Below, piece by piece: positions 44,794-52,291 of a stretch of 57,482 nucleotides of DNA; within the stretch, counting starts at the first letter, position 1, and every line of letters starts with the position of its first letter. The notes under the pieces are model-generated. The model was not told where the DNA came from and searched no databases. It saw only the letters and a program-made list of their open reading frames with translations. The position numbers were made by a program, and so were the translations under genes. This DNA comes from an uncultured virus (IMG/VR IMGVR_UViG_3300025840_000014) (taxonomy: Duplodnaviria > Heunggongvirae > Uroviricota > Caudoviricetes), in IMG/VR virus record IMGVR_UViG_3300025840_000014, one strand, 5' to 3'.

Positions 44794-46254
44794 ATGAAGA
44801 GGATCGCTATCGTTGGTTCGGGCACTGCTGGCCTCATCGCAGCCAACATATTGATCAAGGCTTATCCGACTTATTCCATATCTGTAATTTCTTCTGACAA
44901 GGTTCCAATTATTGGAGTCGGGGAGGGGAGCACAGAGCACTGGACAACGTTTGAGCAGTTTTGCCAAATCAAACGTAGTGCCATGGTCAAAAAAACCGAA
45001 GCGACGTTCAAGTTCGGGATTCGGTTCAAAGATTGGAATGTAGACGGAGATTATTTTCATAGTATTTCCGGAGGCCAGATTCACTCGTCGTCTTTCAACG
45101 CTGGCTACAACTATGTGAATGCGATGGGCAAACGGTTGACACCGTTCTTCGCTCACCCAGCACTAATAATGAATCAGGTGCAGGACTTGGGTGAGAACAC
45201 GCTTAAGCAGAGCAACCAATTTCACTTCGATACGTTCAAGTTGAACACTTTTTTGACAGAACACGCCTCCGACTCGGGTGTTTCATTTATTAAAGGCACG
45301 GTTCTTGATGTCGTACTCCAACCGGAAACAGGAGAGATCGAAGCACTGCAGTTAGAAGACCGAACTCACGCATGTGATTTCGTTATCGATGCAACCGGTT
45401 TCCATAAGAAAATTCTTTCGAAGTTAGGCGATCCGGGGTGGGAATCACATCTCGAATATCTTCCCAACGACTCGGCAATGGTGTTTCAGACTCCAGCAGA
45501 GGACAATCGCGAAATTAAGCCATACACGCTGGCCCAAGCCATGGAATGCGGGTGGATGTGGGAAATCCCAACCCAGAGCAGGCGCGGTAACGGTTACGTG
45601 TTTGCTTCGGATTATGCATCCCATGACCAAATTGTTGAAGAGGCGTCAAGGGTGAGTGGTTTCGACATTGACAATCCGCGTTTTATTTCGTACGATCCGG
45701 GATACGTCAAAACCCCATGGATTAAAAATTGCGTCGCGATTGGCCTTAGTTCTAACTTTATTGAGCCTCTAGAAGCAACATCGATTTCTTCAAGCATTCA
45801 GCAAACGTTTTTGCTCACATCGTATTTGGGCGTCTACGATCAGAATGACGATTGGACGCGTCGAGAATACAACCGCATTTTCGTTAGCATCATGGAGAAC
45901 CTTGCGGCCATGATCTGTCTTCACTATGTCTCCAACAGGGACGACACTCCATTTTGGTCGCACCAGAAAAATCGACCGAAGCCGCAACTCCTAGAAACCT
46001 TGCTCGAAGTGTGCAAGCGTCGAGGTTTCGAACATCACGACATTCCATCGACAAACTTCGAGTTGTTCCAAGCGTTCCATTTTTGGCATGTCGCTCAGGG
46101 GCAAGGGCTGATCGATTCTGAAACGTCTATGTCGCTCATGCGTCAACGCGACTTACTGAACCCGGTTGGGGGTAGTGTTGAGTCGATGTTCAATCAAAAA
46201 ATGTCCGAACCCGTGATTCCTCATCGGGATGCGCTTGAAAGGTGGATGTCCTAG
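44794..46254 (+). CDS. Flavin-dependent tryptophan-halogenase-family protein
   Basis: GSGTAG, IGVGEGS, ATFKFGI (catalytic Lys position), GWMWEIP (WxWxIP), FIEPLEATSI, DTPFW. Confidence 0.9.
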   Translation: MKRIAIVGSGTAGLIAANILIKAYPTYSISVISSDKVPIIGVGEGSTEHWTTFEQFCQIKRSAMVKKTEATFKFGIRFKDWNVDGDYFHSISGGQIHSSSFNAGYNYVNAMGKRLTPFFAHPALIMNQVQDLGENTLKQSNQFHFDTFKLNTFLTEHASDSGVSFIKGTVLDVVLQPETGEIEALQLEDRTHACDFVIDATGFHKKILSKLGDPGWESHLEYLPNDSAMVFQTPAEDNREIKPYTLAQAMECGWMWEIPTQSRRGNGYVFASDYASHDQIVEEASRVSGFDIDNPRFISYDPGYVKTPWIKNCVAIGLSSNFIEPLEATSISSSIQQTFLLTSYLGVYDQNDDWTRREYNRIFVSIMENLAAMICLHYVSNRDDTPFWSHQKNRPKPQLLETLLEVCKRRGFEHHDIPSTNFELFQAFHFWHVAQGQGLIDSETSMSLMRQRDLLNPVGGSVESMFNQKMSEPVIPHRDALERWMS

Positions 46255-46988
46255 TGAAGGACGCAAAATATTGGTTCCCGGCTGGTAAAAACGGCCATAT
46301 CCTTGTTGCTGACAACATGTTCAGGAAATCGCTGTCTAAGCAACTCGTTGAAGAATGCAAATTGTTCTACAAGGAGTTGTTTGACGTCGGGCCAACGATG
46401 GGTGGCTTCATGCCGAACATCAAGAATTCGATGGATTTCAATTATTCGGTCGGCAACTTGGAGGCAGCAGGACTTGCAACTGAGAGGTTTCTTACCGCCG
46501 ATCAGGAAATCGCTGCCGGTCTAGCCAGAGCCATTTGCAAATATCGTGATACTTATCCATCGATATGGCCTTGGCCAAATATTCACGACTCCGGGTTTCG
46601 TCTTCAGCATTACGCTCGCTCGTACGGCTTCTATCGAACGCATTGCGATTCCTTCCCATGGGATCCTCCGGGAGATGTCGGCAACCGAGTCCTCGGAGCC
46701 GTCATTTACCTAAACGATGTTGAAGATGGGGGAGAAACATATTTTCCGCAGCATGAGGTCGGTGTCCCTCCGCGCGCCGGTCGCATTACTCTTTTCCCAA
46801 CAAGTTGGACGCACCCACATACGGGTTTAACACCGCTATCTGATGACAAGTGGATGATTAGCACTTTCATTATGTGCTCAACTGATGCAAAGCCGCCTCC
46901 TGTTTATCGCGAAAATGATCCCACTCCCCTCAAGTCTGACAATGGTACAATTGATGGGGATTTGGAGAACGGGGACGTAAATGAGTGA
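46242..46988 (+). CDS. 2OG-Fe(II) oxygenase
   Basis: FYRTHCD...IYLNDVEDGGETYF...LFPTSWTHPH...KW. Confidence 0.9.
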   Translation: MDVLVKDAKYWFPAGKNGHILVADNMFRKSLSKQLVEECKLFYKELFDVGPTMGGFMPNIKNSMDFNYSVGNLEAAGLATERFLTADQEIAAGLARAICKYRDTYPSIWPWPNIHDSGFRLQHYARSYGFYRTHCDSFPWDPPGDVGNRVLGAVIYLNDVEDGGETYFPQHEVGVPPRAGRITLFPTSWTHPHTGLTPLSDDKWMISTFIMCSTDAKPPPVYRENDPTPLKSDNGTIDGDLENGDVNE

Positions 46989-47136
46989 TTTCCCATCGCC
47001 CCAGTTGTACGACAGCGGGCTTGATCTTTTTGTCGGAACTGATGGCGTGGTCATGGACTGTCCTTTATACGACATAAAGACGTCTATTTTTGATGATGCG
47101 TCACTGCCTGAGGAAGAATTGATACAAGATGCCTAA
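46981..47136 (+). CDS. Small acidic protein, 51 aa (not in ORF track)
   Basis: MSDFPSPQ...IFDDASLPEEELIQDA. Preceded by TGGTACAAT (46943); ATGCCTAA overlap with the next gene. Confidence 0.6.
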   Translation: MSDFPSPQLYDSGLDLFVGTDGVVMDCPLYDIKTSIFDDASLPEEELIQDA

Positions 47137-47416
47137 ATACGATGCTTTTTTGGATCTCAACTACTGTGTTTCTGAGTTGTATCGTCTTATGGCTTACGTC
47201 GGCTGTGAAGAATCGTTTGACGCTAACGACGTAACTCTTGACGAATTGTTGTCATCGAGTGCGACATACTTCGATCTAAACGAACAGCCAATGCAGTCGC
47301 TTTCTTCGGTCGACCAGCGGCAGGCACTACGCAAGAAGTATCGCTGGAACCAAAGTGCCCGGAAGTTTATTTATCAACGTGATCTGGTGAAAGCGTGGAT
47401 GGCGGAAAATGTCTGA
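47129..47416 (+). CDS. Hypothetical protein (paralogue of 40118..40453)
   Basis: MPKYDA..., DANDVTLDE, ends KAWMAENV. Confidence 0.7.
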   Translation: MPKYDAFLDLNYCVSELYRLMAYVGCEESFDANDVTLDELLSSSATYFDLNEQPMQSLSSVDQRQALRKKYRWNQSARKFIYQRDLVKAWMAENV

Positions 47417-48122
47417 GAATTTTGATCAACCAGTGCAAGTAGCAACTTTCGCCAACTCCCTGTCCTCGTCGAAGTGGTCAGATTTTGTCGAGTCCGCAGA
47501 TTTTCTTGCTTTTTGCAGGGCTGCCGCACAGGCCGAGATTGATCTTGGGATGAATCGTAACCGCGAGGCCACTGGCCAAGTGCATGAACTCATGGTCTAC
47601 GAGATGTTTTCCACAGGCTCGTTCAGGTTTTCGACAATGCTGAGTTCTCTTATGACCTCTGCGGAGGCGATTGTTCGTACTTCTTCACCGAAATCTGTTT
47701 TGAGCGTTGGAAACCCCGGGCTCCTGCCGCTACTTGCCACCGAAAATTTTGAATCGCTCGTCGTCAGCAATGACGTGCACTTGGCTCACGCTGAGAAAAC
47801 TTGGACGAGTGCTATCGGTGACTACTCGACTGTCTCGTGGCAAGATATCGATTCTGGAACTCTGCCTTCATCATATGATTGCATTTTGGTAAGTGTTCCA
47901 AGCGTTGCTCACGATATCGATATTCTCAAAACTCTTGCTTCGTTTTTGACCGCGTCGGGGACAATGGTCATGTTGAGCGCTACTGATCACGGTAATCTCT
48001 TTAAGTACCGAGAAAATCACGACTATTACTCACTTTATTTAGATCTAAAGGAAATGTCGGGATTTTCCTTCAGTTTGATTCCATCCGGGCTAGGGATCGG
48101 TGTTCTGACACGCAACTCGTAA
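47409..48122 (+). CDS. Methyltransferase-fold-like protein (paralogue of 39346..40128)
   Basis: SPKSVLSVG, SYDCILV, LASFLTASGTMVM. Confidence 0.55.
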   Translation: MSENFDQPVQVATFANSLSSSKWSDFVESADFLAFCRAAAQAEIDLGMNRNREATGQVHELMVYEMFSTGSFRFSTMLSSLMTSAEAIVRTSSPKSVLSVGNPGLLPLLATENFESLVVSNDVHLAHAEKTWTSAIGDYSTVSWQDIDSGTLPSSYDCILVSVPSVAHDIDILKTLASFLTASGTMVMLSATDHGNLFKYRENHDYYSLYLDLKEMSGFSFSLIPSGLGIGVLTRNS

Positions 48123-48140
48123 AGTAGTAGTGTTCAAGTC

Positions 48141-48995
48141 ATGCGGCGGATCAAACAAGAAGATCTTATTGTAGCGAAGACCATTCACGACGTTGAACCT
48201 CTGCCGGGCCAAATTATTGTTGTCCCCAAGTCGAATCGGATGTACGAAGAGGCGTCAACCCCGGTGGACAACGCATTGGGTTGGCCTGAGTGGTTTCACA
48301 ACCTCGAAGTCGCTGATGGATCCCTCAAAAGATGTCAAGGAACACAAGATTTCCTTTCCCTTGGCATGACATTTAGGCTGCCAGCAGAAGTCCAAATCAG
48401 GAGAAACATCACCGGTCAAGGCTGGGACGCTCGATGGATGACGAACGAGCAAGGATTTTCTCCGGAGAATCCCCAGATGAGCCCAGACAACCTTTTCGAA
48501 ATCCAGTCTTTTTCCTTCCATCAAACCGGCGAAATACCGGCGACCGAGGATCGGAAATTGAAAGAAGCCAACTGGGTAAAAATTGTCAACCCGTGGCAAC
48601 TTAAAACTGCGCCCGGGTGGTCCTGCATGGTGCTTCCGGTTTACTGGGAGGGGCGCAGAAACTGGACGATCATGCCGGGAGTGGTCCACACCGACTTCTA
48701 TCACCACGTCAACTGGGTGTTAAACATCTACGAGGACGAAGATTTCACCATTCCGTATGGTCAGCCCATCGTTCACATCATCCCTTTCCCGCGTTATCCT
48801 CGGACTTCGGTCGGGTATGGGGACGATTCAATTCATCGCCTTATGAGATCTAGGGGTATGGGCACCGCTTACGACCCCTTGGTTCATAGCAGGAAATATC
48901 GCATCGCCCAGCGTAAGGCTGACAAGGAATGCCCATATCTGGCGCATCTGGAACAGCCCAAAAAGCGAAGGTTTTGGCCTTTCAGGAAGTCCTGA
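48141..48995 (+). CDS. DUF6065-like / conserved phage protein
   Basis: PEWF...SLKRC...DFLSLG, KIVNPWQLKTAPGWSC...PGVVHTDFYH..N...G.PIVHIIPF. Confidence 0.6.
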   Translation: MRRIKQEDLIVAKTIHDVEPLPGQIIVVPKSNRMYEEASTPVDNALGWPEWFHNLEVADGSLKRCQGTQDFLSLGMTFRLPAEVQIRRNITGQGWDARWMTNEQGFSPENPQMSPDNLFEIQSFSFHQTGEIPATEDRKLKEANWVKIVNPWQLKTAPGWSCMVLPVYWEGRRNWTIMPGVVHTDFYHHVNWVLNIYEDEDFTIPYGQPIVHIIPFPRYPRTSVGYGDDSIHRLMRSRGMGTAYDPLVHSRKYRIAQRKADKECPYLAHLEQPKKRRFWPFRKS

Positions 48996-49051
48996 AACCG
49001 TGCTATTTGCTGGTAACATGGTGTAGAGGTACGCTTTGAGAGGAACTTCAC

Positions 49052-49429
49052 ATGGCTCTACAGCAAACCCGAGTTTTCGGGCCCGCAGCGCTTGCAACGA
49101 CTACTAACTCGTCAACGCCCCCCGCAAACTATTCGTACGAGGCAGGACTCAACGAGACGATCATCATTAAGCAGATGATCTTTACCAATACGAGCGCTTC
49201 TGCTCAGACCATTGATTTGTGGCTTACGCCGGCTGGGACGGTGGCTCCCGCAGCATCTCATAAACTTTTCGCCAGTTTCACTGTGGCTGCCAACGAAACA
49301 ACTTTGGTTAACTTCTCTCTCGTCGTGGCTTACGACTCAAACCAATCTGATGGCGACAAAATTTGGGTGCGTGCGAGCACTGCTTCAGTCGTCAACATGA
49401 CCATCAACGCGATCGTAGAGACGCCGTAA
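49052..49429 (+). CDS. Virion structural protein (putative)
   Basis: IIKQMIFTNTS...TVAANET...GDKI motif common in phage fibre regions; TGGTAACAT upstream at 49011. Confidence 0.55.
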   Translation: MALQQTRVFGPAALATTTNSSTPPANYSYEAGLNETIIIKQMIFTNTSASAQTIDLWLTPAGTVAPAASHKLFASFTVAANETTLVNFSLVVAYDSNQSDGDKIWVRASTASVVNMTINAIVETP

Positions 49430-49438
49430 GGGGGGCAA

Positions 49439-50149
49439 ATGGGTGGCATTTATCGCCTCAACGCCCCTGATCCGTTAGAAGACTTCCTAGATTCACCTGA
49501 TGAAATCTACGGAACGGGAGCCGACGGCAACGTAACCATCAGTCAAAACACGACCTTGATGGGCGACATGTTCTATGAAAACTTGACTATCGCAAGCGGC
49601 GTCACTCTCGACACCTACGGATATCGAGTTTTTGTTAGAAACACTCTCCATTTTGAAGAAAACGCAGTGATGGGTTGTATCGGCGGTTTCTCTGGTCAAG
49701 GTTCTATCTCCGGCGGCGCCCAAGAAGGGCAAAGCGTCACAAACTCTCTTGGTGGCAATGGCCTAGACGCAAATGGGGTAGTGACCACTGCAAGCGCGCC
49801 CACCCCCGACGTTGGCGGAACTGGTTACTACTATTACGCCTCTCAGGCGATCAAAGGTTACTCTTTGACAGCCTCAACGACGTCTCCAGAATTCTTACGT
49901 GGAGGCGCTGGCGGCAACAACAATGGGGGGCTCGCAACCGGCGAAGGTGGCGGCGTAGTTATTGTTGCTGCTAGGTACATTTCCGCGAGTGGTCCTTGTC
50001 AAATTGCCGCGACCGGTGGTTTCGATGCTGGTGGAGGTGTCATTATTTGTGTTTCTTCCGCAAGCATTCTTAACAGCAATCTCACGTTGAACGTCGGCGG
50101 TCAGGGGAGCGGTACAGACGGCACAGCCATTTACCTTGAGGTGGACTGA
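49439..50149 (+). CDS. Glycine-rich fibre/adhesin-like protein
   Basis: YGTGADGNVT...FYENLTI...GYRVFV; GGAGG...GGGVVIVAAR. Confidence 0.65.
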   Translation: MGGIYRLNAPDPLEDFLDSPDEIYGTGADGNVTISQNTTLMGDMFYENLTIASGVTLDTYGYRVFVRNTLHFEENAVMGCIGGFSGQGSISGGAQEGQSVTNSLGGNGLDANGVVTTASAPTPDVGGTGYYYYASQAIKGYSLTASTTSPEFLRGGAGGNNNGGLATGEGGGVVIVAARYISASGPCQIAATGGFDAGGGVIICVSSASILNSNLTLNVGGQGSGTDGTAIYLEVD

Positions 50150-51984
50150 TGATCGTTCGCCCAAGCAAACAGTACGAGCAGCGTCTGGGTTTCCAGTCCG
50201 TGTACGGCGATGGCCAAGACGGAAACCAGACATTTTCTAGCGGGAACACTTACCATCTGACGCGGGATTACTATTACGAAAATCTCACGATTCAGAACGG
50301 CGCAGTGCTATTTACGAACGGGTACAAAATCTTCGTAAAAGACACGCTTACGCTAAACGGTTCAGCGGTTATAGGCATGCCAGAAAACGCAGACCCCACA
50401 AAAGATGTGGGAACACTTTGGGCTCGTTACGAGAACTACACGGGGGTCAAGGAATTCCGGATCGGCGACGATGTGCCAGAGTGGCTCAAAAATGACATCC
50501 AGTTCCTCGTCAACGGATGGACTTACGATATTGCAGATGGTTTCAAGCGTGTTGAGGGTGCCGACGATGGCCTACCCGGTGCAGACGCCCCATCGGTAGC
50601 AGGAGAACCCGGTACACCCGGTGGTGCGGGAGGTTTAGGAACTACCGCTAATGCTGGCGGTGCGGGCAATGCGGGAGGCGCTGGAACTGTGCAACCGTGG
50701 GGCTCATCTGGCGCTGGCAACCCCGGCAACCCCGGCAACCCGGGTACTGACGGCACTGACGGCAACCCGGGCAACCCGGGCGTGCAAGGTAACGCAAGCG
50801 GTGTCGGTGCTGGCGGTGCAGGCGGCGAGGGCGGCGGTCTTGTCGTCATCATTGCTCGACATATCGTAAAAACAGGAACTGGCACTCCGAGGATCGTCAG
50901 CGAAGGCCGAGTCGGGTATGCGGGTCTCAAGGGAACTGATGGGACAAAAGGTGCGGATGGTAACCCGGGGACAGCGGGCAGCGACGGCGTCGACGGCAAC
51001 CCGGGGACAGCAGGCACGAAAGGTACCGACTTCCCTTCGCAAACCCATGTAGGAAACGTCAACCCGGAATACCACTTTGTATCGGGTCACAACCCTTCAA
51101 CTCAAAACCATGCTGTTGTTCCCGGTAACGCAAACCCTGCGTCGCATAATCCGGCCACAGAAAACCATGCTCAGACGTCATCGCACACCCCGGCCACAAA
51201 AAACCATGCTCAGACGTCATCGCACACCGCTGCGACGGAAAACTACGGTACTACCGAGGGTGGAGCGACCGAGAACACCGACTGCAACGATCACACGAAT
51301 CCCATCGGGCATGACCACAAACGCTCTGCTTACCACTACCACTATCACACGCCGAACGCGCCAACGCAGAACCGCTGGTTCCACACCACTGACCCAAACA
51401 GCCAGAGCCCCCAATACAACGTTTCCCATCATTATGTGCAGCAGCACACCTACCGCTCCAACTATCACCATCAGTTTTCACATGGTGGCAACACGACACA
51501 GGTTTGCAACACTGGGCACAACCCTAACCATTTCCACCAATATGTGACAGGACATAACCCTGCAACCACGAACTATCACCAGTATGTCAGCGGACACAAC
51601 CCTGCAGAAACGAATTATCACCAGTATGTGGACGGCCACAACACGGCGCACCACACCCCTTCAACAACTAACCCTGACACAACCAATGTTCATGGTCACA
51701 ACCCGGAAACTGAAATTCACCAGAGAGTTCCGGAAAGTCACAATCCGGACATCACCAACCCGAAAATTCCGGGTGGTGCCGCTGGAACCGCAGGGGCACG
51801 TGGAACTAAAGGTTTTGCAGGCGCCGCTGGACTTGCTGGCATTGGTGGTGCTGGAGGTATTGGCCAAACTGGAGCAACAGGGTCAAAGGGTGGCGCCGGT
51901 GGTCTTCTGATTGTTTGTGACGACTACGACACAGGTATTTCGATTCAGTCGGGCGCGACTACGGCGATCTTCGTCAACTCGTGA
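50149..51984 (+). CDS. Gly-X-Y repeat fibre protein with His/Asn/Pro-rich insertion
   Basis: N-terminus paralogous to the 49439 gene. Long G-X-Y runs flank about 240 aa containing (G/S)HNP and NYHQYV repeats. Confidence 0.75.
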   Translation: MIVRPSKQYEQRLGFQSVYGDGQDGNQTFSSGNTYHLTRDYYYENLTIQNGAVLFTNGYKIFVKDTLTLNGSAVIGMPENADPTKDVGTLWARYENYTGVKEFRIGDDVPEWLKNDIQFLVNGWTYDIADGFKRVEGADDGLPGADAPSVAGEPGTPGGAGGLGTTANAGGAGNAGGAGTVQPWGSSGAGNPGNPGNPGTDGTDGNPGNPGVQGNASGVGAGGAGGEGGGLVVIIARHIVKTGTGTPRIVSEGRVGYAGLKGTDGTKGADGNPGTAGSDGVDGNPGTAGTKGTDFPSQTHVGNVNPEYHFVSGHNPSTQNHAVVPGNANPASHNPATENHAQTSSHTPATKNHAQTSSHTAATENYGTTEGGATENTDCNDHTNPIGHDHKRSAYHYHYHTPNAPTQNRWFHTTDPNSQSPQYNVSHHYVQQHTYRSNYHHQFSHGGNTTQVCNTGHNPNHFHQYVTGHNPATTNYHQYVSGHNPAETNYHQYVDGHNTAHHTPSTTNPDTTNVHGHNPETEIHQRVPESHNPDITNPKIPGGAAGTAGARGTKGFAGAAGLAGIGGAGGIGQTGATGSKGGAGGLLIVCDDYDTGISIQSGATTAIFVNS

Positions 51985-52009
51985 TGTAAAATTGTGGGAG
52001 AGGTGAGCC

Positions 52010-52291
52010 ATGTATTCAATTTCTCTCAGTGACGATGAAAAACGTCGAATTCTGATTAGAACACGTCAGGAAATCGAAGGCGAAATCATCAAGTTGTCGG
52101 CTTCTCTCGGAATTGATTTCGAATCGGTCGAGAATATTGCGGATCTCCCTATTCTTTGGTCTGATGAAGAGAGCGATTCGTATATTCCTGAAACGGATCC
52201 TTCCCGACATGTTTATGATCTTTTGACCAACCTTATTGGTCGTTTGATGCAACTTGTCAATAAACTTGAAGGCCCTAACAGGCTGATTTGA
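52010..52291 (+). CDS. Small helical protein related to the G(I/V)DP family
   Basis: SLSDDEK...EGEIIKLSASLGIDFESVE; GAGG RBS. Confidence 0.65.
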   Translation: MYSISLSDDEKRRILIRTRQEIEGEIIKLSASLGIDFESVENIADLPILWSDEESDSYIPETDPSRHVYDLLTNLIGRLMQLVNKLEGPNRLI

